A program made the translations under genes and the position numbers. From positions 1 through 64,000 of the forward strand of contig JBDRRP010000087.1 in NCBI GenBank assembly GCA_043825735.1: DNA of 64,000 bases, read 5' to 3'. Below, piece after piece: positions 27,021 to 37,377 of the stretch. The notes below the pieces were generated by a model that was not told the origin of the DNA, did not search any database, and saw only the letters and a list, made by a program, of their open reading frames with translations. Position 1 is the stretch's first letter, and the number at the start of each line of letters is the position of its first letter. Origin of the DNA: Pseudomonadota bacterium (GTDB lineage Bacteria > Desulfobacterota > Desulfobacteria > Desulfobacterales > JBDRRP01).

Positions 27021-28183
27021 TGCTTCACGACGCGCCGCGCCTGCCGCGGGGATTTTACTGTGCCAGTCGAAACTGCGGCTTGAAACCCACGGGAAACGAC
27101 CTGTCGGTGTTTTTTTCGGAGGCACCCGCCAGCGCCGCGGCCGTTTTTACCCGGAACCATTTCCCCGGCGCCCCGGTCATCCTGGGGCGCGAAACCATTC
27201 GATCCGGACGGCTGCAGGCCATCGTGATCAACAGCAAGATCAGCAACGTCGGCACCGGTGCCGCGGGCATTGAAAACGCCCGGCGGATGGCGCAGGCCGT
27301 TGCCGCGGAATTCAGCATCGCGGCGGACACCGTGCTGGTGAGCTCAACGGGGGTCATCGCCAAACAGCTCGCCATCGAAAAGATCGAAACCGGCATCGTG
27401 GGCATCAGGGCCCTTCTCAGCGACGATCCCATGGTCGGGGCCACCGGCATCATGACGACCGATACCTATCCCAAGGCCCTGTCCATGTCGGTGGGGCAGG
27501 CCACGGTGACGCTGGTGGCCAAGGGCAGCGGCATGATCGAACCCAACATGGCCACCATGCTGGCCTATATTTTTACAGACGCGGCGTTGCCTGCCGCCGA
27601 TCTGGATGCCATGCTCCGGCGGGCGGTGGGTGTATCGTTCAACATGCTCTCGGTGGACACCGACACCAGCACGTCGGATACCTGTGCCATCATGGCCAAC
27701 GGCCTGGCCGGGGCGGTCGCAGCCGATGCGTTCGAAGCGGCCCTGACCTTTTGCTGCGTTGAAATGGCCAAGAAACTGGCCAGAGACGGGGAGGGGGCCA
27801 CCAAGCTTCTGGAAATTCGGGTCAGCGGCGCAGCAAGCCCCCAAGAGGCCCGCATCGTCGCCAAATCAATTGTCAACTCACCGCTGATCAAGACCATGGC
27901 ATACGGCGCCGATCCCAATATCGGCCGGGTGCTCATGGCCGTGGGAAAATGCCAGGACTGCCAGGTCCATCCCCCGTCGATCACGGTCGTCATCAACGGC
28001 GCCCTTGTTTTTAAAAACCTCCAGCGACAGGACTATGACGACGCGCACCTGCGGCAGCTGCTGTCAGGCGAGCATGTCGTCATTGACGTGGACCTGGGCG
28101 TGGGGCCGGGAGCCGCCACCACGTACGGCTGTGATCTCACCGAAGGTTATATCCGGGAAAACGCGGCATATTATTCGTCCTGA
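27017..28183 (+). CDS. argJ: Ornithine acetyltransferase / N-acetylglutamate synthase
   Basis: AAVFTRN, SSTGVI, IMTTDT.PK, AKGSGMIEPNMATML, DTSTSD, ARDGEGATK, SPLIKT, GCDLT. Confidence 0.95.
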   Translation: MMLHDAPRLPRGFYCASRNCGLKPTGNDLSVFFSEAPASAAAVFTRNHFPGAPVILGRETIRSGRLQAIVINSKISNVGTGAAGIENARRMAQAVAAEFSIAADTVLVSSTGVIAKQLAIEKIETGIVGIRALLSDDPMVGATGIMTTDTYPKALSMSVGQATVTLVAKGSGMIEPNMATMLAYIFTDAALPAADLDAMLRRAVGVSFNMLSVDTDTSTSDTCAIMANGLAGAVAADAFEAALTFCCVEMAKKLARDGEGATKLLEIRVSGAASPQEARIVAKSIVNSPLIKTMAYGADPNIGRVLMAVGKCQDCQVHPPSITVVINGALVFKNLQRQDYDDAHLRQLLSGEHVVIDVDLGVGPGAATTYGCDLTEGYIRENAAYYSS

Positions 28184-28223
28184 GCCTGAACTGACATCCA
28201 CTGGGAACACCAAGGAAAACACG

Positions 28224-29756
28224 ATGCCGGAACCGTCGAAATCAACCACCGTTGCCTCCGACCATCTGCTTTGGGATATCCTTGCCAATGCGCCTGACGG
28301 AATCATCACCACGGATCTTAAGGGACGGATCACGACGGCATCGGCCTCGGTGAAGACGCTGCTGGGGTACGATCCGGTGGCGCTCGAAGGTACTCCGGTC
28401 CACAGGATTTACCCGGCCGGCCGGGAAACCGCCGATCATCTCATGGAAGCGCTCAAGCAAGATGGCAGCATCCGCGCCAGGGAGTTGAAGCTGAAGCGGC
28501 AGGACGGGACGCTGCTGGATATTTCCCTGTCGGTCGCCCTGCTGAAAGACGACAGCGGCAATCCGTCCGGCACGCTGGGCATATTCCGGGATATTTCAGA
28601 GCTCAAAGCGCTCTCTCAACAGGTGTTCCAGGCGGAGCGGATGGCTGCAGTGGCCACCCTGGCCGGGGGCATTGCCCATAATTTCAATAACCTTCTCATG
28701 AGCGTTCAGGGCTACACCTCCCTCATGCTCATGGACGTTTCCGAAAAACACCGCCACTTCGGCATGCTCCAGAAGATCGAAACCCAGATCGCCGCCGGTG
28801 CCCGGCTTACGCAGAAACTCATGGGGTTTGCACGGGAAGGGGAGTATACGGTCAAAGCGGTCAACCTGAACAACCTCATTGCCGATGTGACCGAGCGCTT
28901 CCAGGTATCCCGGGGAAACATCCTGATGCAAAACCAATTGGACGAGAAATCTCCCGCTGTCACAGCCGACCGCGCGCAGCTTGAAGAAGCCCTTTTGAAC
29001 CTGTTCATGAATGCCGCAGATGCGATGCCGAAAGGGGGAATGATCACCTGCCGCACACGGATGCTCTCTCACACCGATATCGAAGGGCGCGCCTATGCCG
29101 TGAAACCCGGCACGTACGTCCAGCTGACGGTCTCAGACACCGGACACGGCATCGCCGCCGAGCACCTGCCGTTTATTTTCGAGCCGTTCTATTCCACCAA
29201 AGACATCAGCCAGGGCGCCGGGCTTGGCCTGGCATCGGCCTACGGCATCGTCAAAGCCCACGGCGGGTTCATCGATGTGGCTTCGACGCAAGGGGCGGGG
29301 GCCGTCTTTGACATCCTTTTGCCGACGCAGGCGCTTGTCGCCGCACCAGAGACGCCGATCCGGGACCGGGTCACCCGTGGAAGCGAAACCGTTCTCGTTG
29401 TTGACGATGACGATATCGTCCTGGAGGTGGCAGCAAAAATGCTGTCGGCTTTGGGATACCAGACCTTGACGGCCAGTACCGTGGCGGCCGCCCTGGCGGT
29501 GTATGCCGACCATGCCGGGGCTGTCGATCTGGTGCTGTTGGATCTGACCCTTGAGGAAGCCGACGGGGCGGTGGTATTCTACGGCATTCGCGACATCGAC
29601 GCCACGGCCAGAGTGCTGCTTGCCAGTGGCCGCAGCCTGGACGATAATGTCCGGGAATTGCTCAATGCCGGCGCCAGCGGGTTTATCCAAAAACCCTTCG
29701 GATTGCGGGACCTTTCGGCGGCCGTAAGAAAAATCCTGGACAATGACCCCATTTGA
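28224..29756 (+). CDS. Cytoplasmic PAS hybrid histidine kinase (PAS-HisKA-HATPase-REC)
   Basis: PAS (PDGII.TD..G), LAGGIAHNFNN, NA.DAMP.GG, IFEPFYSTK..GAGLGL, REC (VDDD, LLD, KPF). Confidence 0.92.
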   Translation: MPEPSKSTTVASDHLLWDILANAPDGIITTDLKGRITTASASVKTLLGYDPVALEGTPVHRIYPAGRETADHLMEALKQDGSIRARELKLKRQDGTLLDISLSVALLKDDSGNPSGTLGIFRDISELKALSQQVFQAERMAAVATLAGGIAHNFNNLLMSVQGYTSLMLMDVSEKHRHFGMLQKIETQIAAGARLTQKLMGFAREGEYTVKAVNLNNLIADVTERFQVSRGNILMQNQLDEKSPAVTADRAQLEEALLNLFMNAADAMPKGGMITCRTRMLSHTDIEGRAYAVKPGTYVQLTVSDTGHGIAAEHLPFIFEPFYSTKDISQGAGLGLASAYGIVKAHGGFIDVASTQGAGAVFDILLPTQALVAAPETPIRDRVTRGSETVLVVDDDDIVLEVAAKMLSALGYQTLTASTVAAALAVYADHAGAVDLVLLDLTLEEADGAVVFYGIRDIDATARVLLASGRSLDDNVRELLNAGASGFIQKPFGLRDLSAAVRKILDNDPI

Positions 29757-32700
29757 TCCTCTGTCCGTGCCGCTGACCGGCACGCACCTCATCGAAGCCA
29801 GTGCCGGCACGGGAAAAACGTTTGCCATTGCCTCCCTGTTTCTCCGCCTGGTGGTGACAGCCGGAGTGCCGGTTGACAAAATCCTGGTGGTCACCTTTAC
29901 CCAGTCGGCCACCGCCGAACTCAGGGACCGCATCCGGCGGCGACTGTCTTCGGCGCTTCTGGAGCTGCGCTCGGGAAATGCCCGTGATGAACTGGTGGCC
30001 GCACTGGTTGCTGACCCGGACACAGCGGTCATGGCCGCGGCGCGGCTGTCGGCGGCCCTGGCTGATTTTGACCGGGCGCCGATTCTCACCATTCACGGTT
30101 TTTGCAACCGGATTCTCCAGGACCACGCCTTTGAAACCGGTATGGTTTTCGATGCGCAGTTGGTGACCGACATCGGTCTGTACCGATTGATGGTGGCGGA
30201 CGATTTCTGGCGCCGACATGTCATGACTCTGCCGCCCCTGGCCGCGCGGTGTGTCCAGGTCACCATCCACAGTCCCGAAACCCTGCTGGAAGTGGACCGG
30301 CGGTCAATAGGCCCCACAGTTACGGTCATACCGCCCCCTGAAGTCCCTCTGCCGGAAACGGATTTGAACCAGATGATGTCGGCCTACCGGCTGCTGAAGC
30401 AGGACTGGCAGCGCCACCGGCAAGAGATCCTCACCCTTCTTGAGGATCCTGCCTTGAACGGGACGGTGTTTGGTGCTGTGAAACCCGCTCCCCAACGGCC
30501 TGATCGAACCCTGCGGCAGATTCGCCTGGCCGCCCGTGCAGATGCCATCGACGCACACCTGACGCTCGACATTCCCGATCTTTGCTTTCCCAAGGCGCTC
30601 TCGCAGTTGACCACCGAGGCGATCATTCACTACACCCGGAAAGGGCAAATCCCGCCGGTGCATCCGTTCTTTGATCGTTGCGCCGGCACCCTTGCTCAGG
30701 CAGAGGCCTTGAACGCGGCCATGTCGGCTTTTGCAGTCGATCTTCGGTACCGGTTTTCCCGGCATCTGGACGAGGCTCTGGACAGGCTCAAGGCCCGGGA
30801 TCATGTTCTATTTTACGATGATCTACTGCTGCGGGTGTACCGCGCCCTGGAAGCCGCCCAGACCGGTGAGGATGCGCTGATCCGAAGCATTCGGGATCAG
30901 TATCAGTGCGCCCTCGTTGACGAATTTCAGGATACCGACGGACTCCAGTACCGAATCTTTTCCCGGTTGTTCCACGATCCCGCCACGCTACTGTTCATGA
31001 TCGGAGACCCCAAGCAGGCCATCTACGCATTCCGGGGCGCCGACATCTTCTCCTATCTGGAGGCATCACGAAAAGCCGCCGGCGTGTTCACACTCGAAAA
31101 AAACTGGCGGTCCGTCCCGTCGCTGGTAAGCGCGGTAAACGCACTTTTTTCGCAACAATCCAGCCCGTTTGTAATGACAGGCCTGACCTACGCTCAGGTG
31201 GTCGCCCAAAAAGCAGATGCGGATAGCCCGTTTGGCGATGCGCCGGCGATGATCGTGTGGCAACTGCCGCCGGCTCCCGACGATTCGCCGGATCGCCGTC
31301 TGAGCGCCGGCGCAGCCGGCGAGATTGCCGCTGCGGCGGTGGCTGCGGAAATTGTGCATCTTACCTATGCCGATGGCAGGACGCTGGCGCGCGCGCCGGT
31401 GCCGTTGGCGGACATGGCGGTACTGGTGCGCACCAACGCCCAGGCACGAACGATCCGTCGCCATCTTGTCGGCTGCGGGATCCCCTGCGTGCTGCAAAGC
31501 AGTGACAGCGTTTTTAACACCACCGAGGCGACAATGTTGTGGCAGGTGCTCCACTGCCTGGCGAGCCCCCATGCTACAACCGTGCTGAGAACGGCCCTGA
31601 CCACCGCGCTCATGGGCGTAGACTTGACCCATATCGGGCTTCCCGAAGATGACGACGATCATGCACTGGCCCGTTACCGGGACTTATTGAACCGGCTTGG
31701 GCAGTTATGGGCGGCCAGGGGCTTCATGCGCATGTTCACCGAACTGTTGGCCGCCTTCGACACACGCCGCCGGTTTCTGGCCTTTGCCGACGGCCCGCGG
31801 AAAATGACCAATCTGAGGCATCTGGCCGAGCTGATCCACGGCGCCGAAGGCAGCGGGCTGTCACCCAAAGAGACGGTGGCCTGGCTCTCGGGACGGATCA
31901 CCGACGGCGACGGCGGGGACGAGGCCGCGCAACTCAGGCTGGAGACAGATGCCGGTGCAGTGACCATCGTCACCGTCCACAAAAGCAAAGGGCTCGAATA
32001 CCCGGTGGTGTTCTGCCCGTTTCTGTGGCGCGACGCCTTGAGGGCAAACGATCCCGTGTACTATCACGATCCTGCCAATGACTACCGCGAAACGGTGGAT
32101 TTCGGCTCCTCCCGGATCGAAGCGGGGCGCCGTCAGGCCCTGGCAGAGACTTTTGCCGAAAACCTTCGACTGGTCTACGTAGCTCTGACCCGGGCCAAAC
32201 ACCGGTGTTATTTTCCGTGGGATCAAAGACTGCCTGCCGACGGCTCGGCTCTGGCCTATCTCATCCACGGCTGCGCGCCGCCGGGTGACATTTTGCCCGA
32301 CAGTGGCAATGCCCGGTTTGAAGGCCCTTTTTCGGTTTTACCCCACGAGCGGTTCGCCGAAGATCTCAACGCGCTTGAGAGACGGTCCGCCGGCGCGATC
32401 CAGCGGTCTCCGGCGCCGTCGCCGGTGCCAGGCGCAGTTTACCGCCGGCCGGCGCAAGCGAGCGGAGCGCTGCACCCACGCGTGTTTTCCGCACGAATCG
32501 CCGAGGGCGGGCGGGTGGTGAGCTATACGGGGCTCACTGCCGGCAGCGATCACGGCAATCATCCCGAAGGCGCGGACCATGACGGCGTGGTGGCCTCACG
32601 GCCCGCAGCGCCCATCTCTACGGAAACCGCGGACATGGCGGTTTTTCCCCGGGGAGCCACCGCTGGAAGCCTCTTCCATGAAATCATGGAATCCATCGAC

Positions 32701-33390
32701 TACCGGTATCCCGAATCACCGGCGACGGCGCGCACTGTGGTACGCGTGCTCGGCGATTACGGCTACGATCCAGGTTGGCAGGACGCCTTGTGCCGGTGTG
32801 TGGCCAAAGTGCTTCGGGCGCCGCTGCCACTGCACGGCGTACGTGCGCCGCTGGTGGACCTCTCGCCTGCGGACCGGATGTGCGAAATGGCTTTTACATT
32901 TCCGTTGAAACGACTCGCACCCGCAGACCTGAAGGCGGTTTTCGCTGAATCGGGCGTCTTTGACGGTGATCCGAACGTTGAACGCTGGCCGGATCGACTC
33001 CGGTTTTCACCGGTCCATGGTCATATGAAAGGGTTCATCGACCTGTGGTTTCGCCACGAGGGCCGGTTCTATATTCTGGACTGGAAAACAAACTACTTGG
33101 GTCCTTCGCCTGCTGATTACAGCGGTCCCAACGTGGCCTCGGCCATGCTGCAGGGAGACTATCACCTTCAGTATCACCTCTATGTGCTGGCACTGCACCT
33201 GTATCTGAAATGGCGGCTTGCCGGGTACAGATATGACCGACACTTCGGCGGCGCCATCTATCTGTTCGTCCGGGGAATGGATCCACACCGGTCTCCCGGC
33301 GCCGGCATTTTTACCCATTGCCCCGATCCGGCCGTGATGCATGCCCTCGAAGCACGGCTGGTGGACCGGGAAAGGATGATTGCGGCATGA
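29743..33390 (+). CDS. recB: Exodeoxyribonuclease V beta subunit
   Basis: IEASAGTGKT, VVTFT..AT.ELR.RI, TIHGFC, LVDEFQDTD, IGDPKQAIY.FRGAD, TVHKSKGLEYP, YVALTRA, nuclease GFIDL..DWKTN. Confidence 0.96.
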   Translation: MTPFDPLSVPLTGTHLIEASAGTGKTFAIASLFLRLVVTAGVPVDKILVVTFTQSATAELRDRIRRRLSSALLELRSGNARDELVAALVADPDTAVMAAARLSAALADFDRAPILTIHGFCNRILQDHAFETGMVFDAQLVTDIGLYRLMVADDFWRRHVMTLPPLAARCVQVTIHSPETLLEVDRRSIGPTVTVIPPPEVPLPETDLNQMMSAYRLLKQDWQRHRQEILTLLEDPALNGTVFGAVKPAPQRPDRTLRQIRLAARADAIDAHLTLDIPDLCFPKALSQLTTEAIIHYTRKGQIPPVHPFFDRCAGTLAQAEALNAAMSAFAVDLRYRFSRHLDEALDRLKARDHVLFYDDLLLRVYRALEAAQTGEDALIRSIRDQYQCALVDEFQDTDGLQYRIFSRLFHDPATLLFMIGDPKQAIYAFRGADIFSYLEASRKAAGVFTLEKNWRSVPSLVSAVNALFSQQSSPFVMTGLTYAQVVAQKADADSPFGDAPAMIVWQLPPAPDDSPDRRLSAGAAGEIAAAAVAAEIVHLTYADGRTLARAPVPLADMAVLVRTNAQARTIRRHLVGCGIPCVLQSSDSVFNTTEATMLWQVLHCLASPHATTVLRTALTTALMGVDLTHIGLPEDDDDHALARYRDLLNRLGQLWAARGFMRMFTELLAAFDTRRRFLAFADGPRKMTNLRHLAELIHGAEGSGLSPKETVAWLSGRITDGDGGDEAAQLRLETDAGAVTIVTVHKSKGLEYPVVFCPFLWRDALRANDPVYYHDPANDYRETVDFGSSRIEAGRRQALAETFAENLRLVYVALTRAKHRCYFPWDQRLPADGSALAYLIHGCAPPGDILPDSGNARFEGPFSVLPHERFAEDLNALERRSAGAIQRSPAPSPVPGAVYRRPAQASGALHPRVFSARIAEGGRVVSYTGLTAGSDHGNHPEGADHDGVVASRPAAPISTETADMAVFPRGATAGSLFHEIMESIDYRYPESPATARTVVRVLGDYGYDPGWQDALCRCVAKVLRAPLPLHGVRAPLVDLSPADRMCEMAFTFPLKRLAPADLKAVFAESGVFDGDPNVERWPDRLRFSPVHGHMKGFIDLWFRHEGRFYILDWKTNYLGPSPADYSGPNVASAMLQGDYHLQYHLYVLALHLYLKWRLAGYRYDRHFGGAIYLFVRGMDPHRSPGAGIFTHCPDPAVMHALEARLVDRERMIAA

Positions 33391-35249
33391 CCGATGACAC
33401 CACAGCAAGGGGTTCGTCTCTGAATGATACCCCGCCGGTGTTTTCAGCCCTGGATCTGCATTTCTCCCGGATGATGGCCGAGATGGGCGGCCGTTCGTCT
33501 CAAGAGGTTGCCATGGCCGCGGCCTTGGCCAGTTGGGCGGTGGGGCAGGGCAGCGTCTGCCTGGACCTCTCCCTATGGGCATCAGGCCCTGCTGTCATCG
33601 GCGGCGCCGGCGTGAGCCCGGAGCTGGAACAGTGGCGTTCGCGACTTCTCTCCTCTGGGGTTGTGGGGGCACCCGGCGAGTTAAAACCCCTCATCCTCGA
33701 CGCCGGGCATCGGCTGTATCTTCACCGCTACTGGTCCTATGAACAGCGCACGGCCGAAGCCCTGCTGAAACGGGCCTCGGTGCTGCGGCAGTATCCCGAA
33801 AACGCCATGGCCGCAGCTCTGAAGCGCCTCTTCCAGCAACCGGCCCACGACGGCGATTCGACCCATTGGCCGGCGGTGGCTGCCGGGGTGGCGGCCGTAA
33901 AAGGGCTTTGCATCCTCAGCGGGGGGCCCGGCACCGGGAAAACCTACACGGCCGTGCGAATTATGGCGCTGCTGCAGGCACTGTCGCAGCGGCCCCTGCG
34001 CATGGTCATGGCCGCCCCCACCGGTAAGGCGGCCAGCCGGCTCATGGCTTCCCTGACAGCTGCCCGTAACAACGCGGGAGACGCCGCCGATCTTTTCGCA
34101 GCCCTTCCGCAAGAGGCGTTTACACTGCATCGCCTGCTGGGAATCCGGCCGGGAACAACGCAGCCCCGGCACCACCGGGATAACCCGCTTTGCGCCGATG
34201 TGGTGGTCATCGACGAGGCCTCCATGATTGACATCTCCCTCATGTGCCGCCTGCTGGAAGCCGTGCCGGAAACAGCCACCCTGGTCCTTATCGGCGACCG
34301 GGATCAGCTATCTTCGGTTGAGGCCGGCGCCGTGTTCGGAGATATTTGCCGAACCGATCAGGGCCGCCGTTTTTCCGCTGCACTGCGCACTGCGCTATCG
34401 CCGGTTCTAACGATGCCGCCAACCGGTAATGCCGGCGCCGACGGCCTTTCGGATTGTTTGGTTTTTCTGGAGCGGACCCATCGTTTTGCCTCTGGCAGTG
34501 GCCTGCAGCGACTTTTCGAAGCGATCAACGCCGGCGACGCCGATGCCGTGACTGGGGCGCTAAAAAGCGGACATCCCGAGATTTCCTGGCTGTCTTCGAT
34601 GGGGCCAGACGCGTGCCGCCGGTGGCTCTTGCCACAACTCGTCCAGCGGCGAATTGCCTTGGCGGCTGAAAAAGATCCGTTTCAAGCCCTGGCACAGCTC
34701 GGCCACTGGCAGGTGCTCTGCGCCCTCAACAAGGGGCCCTGGGGTGTGGCCGCGATAAACCAGATCGCCGAGACGGCCGTCAGTGGTGATGATCGGGGGG
34801 GGCATGGACGCTTCGAGCGTGAGCGATGGTATCCCGGCATGCCGGTACTGGTGCTTCAAAACGACTACGAGCTGGGTCTCTATAATGGCGACGTGGGCAT
34901 CTTGATGTCCGTGGAAGACGAAACAGCGGGCGGCCACCGCCTGAGAGCGCATTTCAGCAGTCAGGATGATCGTATCACTGATATTGACCCATTGCGTCTT
35001 CCGACCCATGAACCGGCCCACGCGCTGACCGTTCACAAGAGTCAGGGCTCGGAGTTCAAGCATGTCGTGTTGCTCTTGCCCGAGCGTGACACGCCTGTAC
35101 TGAGCCGTGAACTGCTTTATACGGGCATGACCCGGGCAACCACCGCGCTCACTATCATCGCTCCGCCCCACGTCCTTGAAAAGGCTGTCCGACGTGCCGT
35201 CAGGCGGCCATCCGGCCTTGGTCCCGCCTTATGGGGAAATGGCGCGTGA
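33387..35249 (+). CDS. recD: Exodeoxyribonuclease V alpha subunit
   Basis: LYL.RYW..E, GGPGTGKT, APTGKAA, TLHRLLG, DEASM, GDRDQL.SVEAG, TVHKSQGSEF, RELLYT..TRA. Confidence 0.96.
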   Translation: MTDDTTARGSSLNDTPPVFSALDLHFSRMMAEMGGRSSQEVAMAAALASWAVGQGSVCLDLSLWASGPAVIGGAGVSPELEQWRSRLLSSGVVGAPGELKPLILDAGHRLYLHRYWSYEQRTAEALLKRASVLRQYPENAMAAALKRLFQQPAHDGDSTHWPAVAAGVAAVKGLCILSGGPGTGKTYTAVRIMALLQALSQRPLRMVMAAPTGKAASRLMASLTAARNNAGDAADLFAALPQEAFTLHRLLGIRPGTTQPRHHRDNPLCADVVVIDEASMIDISLMCRLLEAVPETATLVLIGDRDQLSSVEAGAVFGDICRTDQGRRFSAALRTALSPVLTMPPTGNAGADGLSDCLVFLERTHRFASGSGLQRLFEAINAGDADAVTGALKSGHPEISWLSSMGPDACRRWLLPQLVQRRIALAAEKDPFQALAQLGHWQVLCALNKGPWGVAAINQIAETAVSGDDRGGHGRFERERWYPGMPVLVLQNDYELGLYNGDVGILMSVEDETAGGHRLRAHFSSQDDRITDIDPLRLPTHEPAHALTVHKSQGSEFKHVVLLLPERDTPVLSRELLYTGMTRATTALTIIAPPHVLEKAVRRAVRRPSGLGPALWGNGA

Positions 35250-35373
35250 CCACCCGATTCCGATAGCAACCAACAAATATTGGTGCGATAATCCACAAAA
35301 AAAGTGTGCTCGAGGATGTTTTTCAGTGCTCGAACCTGGCTTTGACATAACGATTCATGGAAAACGATTGGAA

Positions 35374-35389
35374 GGGCATGAAATTTGCT
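35374..35389 (+). promoter_or_regulatory. Sigma-54 (-24/-12) promoter
   Basis: GGGCATGAAATTTGCT: GG-N10-GC with GGCA and TTGC, ~85 nt upstream of ORF 35473. Confidence 0.6.
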
Positions 35390-35472
35390 TGTTTGACACT
35401 GCATAAACTGCATGTAGCAGTGCCGATGCATTGTATCCTACGATGTTTTTGACCACCACGAAGGAGCCGTAG

Positions 35473-36051
35473 ATGTCCGCGGTAACGACGATCCTACTGC
35501 AAAGTACAGAAATCCTGACGATATTGGTCGCCGTTGTCGGCCTTATATTATCCGGGGCGATTCTAATTTCTCCGGCCGCAGTGCGCAAATTGAGTTTCAG
35601 GCTCAATCGTCAGTTCAATCTGGATGCACCGTTAAGCCAATTGAACCGCCAGGTGCCGATTGAAATGATCCTGGATTGGTTTCCGTTTGTTTCCGGTAGC
35701 ATCATTGCCGGCGTGTCACTGGCCGTTATCATTTATTTGTTTTTTACCTCAATGCCGACATACTCAGGCAGAGTGCTGCTGGCGATCGGGTTCGAATCAC
35801 TGCTCTGGCTGGCGCGACTGGCAAGCGTACTGGCCTTTGTTTTCGGACTCCTTCTGATGTTTGCCCCTGAGGTTCTAAAGCGCATCAATGAGAAATTGAA
35901 CCGCTGGCATGACGCTGATGCCGTCGTGCGCCACATGGAGCAGACCGTATACGATTTTGACGGCTGGATATTGAACAACCCGAGAGCGTCCGGAGTGATC
36001 GGGTTTCTCCTGTCGGTGATCCTTCTGACCATCACCATCAGTCCTTTTTAG
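35473..36051 (+). CDS. Hypothetical membrane protein (~4 TM, internal duplication)
   Basis: RBS aaggag; two repeats of TM-P..++L...LNR-..D-..-TM. Confidence 0.75.
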   Translation: MSAVTTILLQSTEILTILVAVVGLILSGAILISPAAVRKLSFRLNRQFNLDAPLSQLNRQVPIEMILDWFPFVSGSIIAGVSLAVIIYLFFTSMPTYSGRVLLAIGFESLLWLARLASVLAFVFGLLLMFAPEVLKRINEKLNRWHDADAVVRHMEQTVYDFDGWILNNPRASGVIGFLLSVILLTITISPF

Positions 36052-36145
36052 TTGATTTCCTTTGCCTGGATGATAAACAAGACCCGGTGGGTGACGGTAT
36101 CGCAAGGCGTGCCGCCTGCCGGTGTTTTTTTTCAAAGCGTCAACA

Positions 36146-36281
36146 TTGATAACGCCGTAAAAAGTCATTTTAAACCGCAGAGCGCACAGAGAACCGAAGA
36201 GTATATACTGAGAATTGACAAGTTATCTCTGCGTTCTCTGCGTCCTCTGTGGTGATTTCGGACTTTATAAAAAGCCATCAA
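36146..36281. repeat. Shell + CGCAGAG-core palindromic element
   Basis: ttgataacgccgtaaaaagtc..accgcagag..gttatctctgcgttctctgcgtcctctgtggtgatttcggacttt..catcaa. Confidence 0.85.
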
Positions 36282-36352
36282 CAAGAGCATTGGACCAGCG
36301 CATCAGGCGCTGAAACCGACTGACGGATGCCCAGACTGGAGGAGGACTGCTC

Positions 36353-37363
36353 ATGATTCGCACCCGTATTCGCAGCACCGGCCGATACCTACCGCCGCGG
36401 ATTGTCACCAATGAAGACATGACTCAGTGGATGGACACCTCTGACGAGTGGATCGAGCAGCGCACCGGCATCCGGCAGCGCCATTGGATCCCCGAAGAAG
36501 GGGGCGTGGGGGCCTCCGATCTCGGCCTGGAAGCATCCCGCATCGCTCTCGAGAGGGCCGGATGGCAACCTGAAGATCTGGATCTCATCATTTTCGCCAC
36601 CCTCAGCCCTGATCTTTTCTTTCCCGGCTCCGGCTGCCTGCTTCAGCACAAACTGGGACTGAAGGACACACCGGCGCTGGACATCCGCCAGCAGTGCACC
36701 GGTTTTCTCTATGGTCTCCAGATCGCCGACGCCTACATTCTCAGCGGCATGGCCAAGCGGGTGCTTTTTGTCGGCGGCGAGGTCCACAGCTCGGGGCTGG
36801 ATATCTCAACCCGGGGACGGGACGTGGCGGTGATCTTTGGCGATGGTGCGGCGGCGGTCTGTCTGGAGGCCATTGACGGGGACGCATCCGTCGGGGTCCT
36901 GGCCCACCAGCTCCACGCCCAGGGGGAATATGCCCAGAGCCTGATGGTGGAGGCGCCGGCGTCCAGAGAAATGCCGCGGCTGACCGAAAAGATGCTTGCC
37001 GAGGGGCGGCACTACCCCACCATGGATGGCAAGTCCATCTTCAAGCTGGCCGTCAGCCGCCTGCCTCAGGTGACCGTGAGCGTCCTGGCGTCGGCGGGCC
37101 TTACCGTTGCTGACGTTGACCTGTTCATCCCGCACCAGGCCAATCTGCGCATCAACCAGATGTTCCAGCGGGCGCTGGAGCTTCCCGACGCCAAGGTCTT
37201 CAACAATATCCAGAAATACGGCAACACCACGGCCGCCACCATTCCGCTGGCCTTGGACGAAGCGATAGAGCAGGGGATTGTGGGCAAATCCGGCGACGTG
37301 GTGGCCTTCATGGGTCTTGGTGCCGGTCTCACCTGGGGCGCCTCGGTGTATCGGTTCCCCTGA
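36353..37363 (+). CDS. fabH: 3-oxoacyl-ACP synthase III
   Basis: DTSDEWI..RTGI..R, catalytic C (QQCTGF), FGDGA, PHQAN, YGNT.AA. Confidence 0.93.
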   Translation: MIRTRIRSTGRYLPPRIVTNEDMTQWMDTSDEWIEQRTGIRQRHWIPEEGGVGASDLGLEASRIALERAGWQPEDLDLIIFATLSPDLFFPGSGCLLQHKLGLKDTPALDIRQQCTGFLYGLQIADAYILSGMAKRVLFVGGEVHSSGLDISTRGRDVAVIFGDGAAAVCLEAIDGDASVGVLAHQLHAQGEYAQSLMVEAPASREMPRLTEKMLAEGRHYPTMDGKSIFKLAVSRLPQVTVSVLASAGLTVADVDLFIPHQANLRINQMFQRALELPDAKVFNNIQKYGNTTAATIPLALDEAIEQGIVGKSGDVVAFMGLGAGLTWGASVYRFP

Positions 37364-37377
37364 TCATCGTTTTCATG

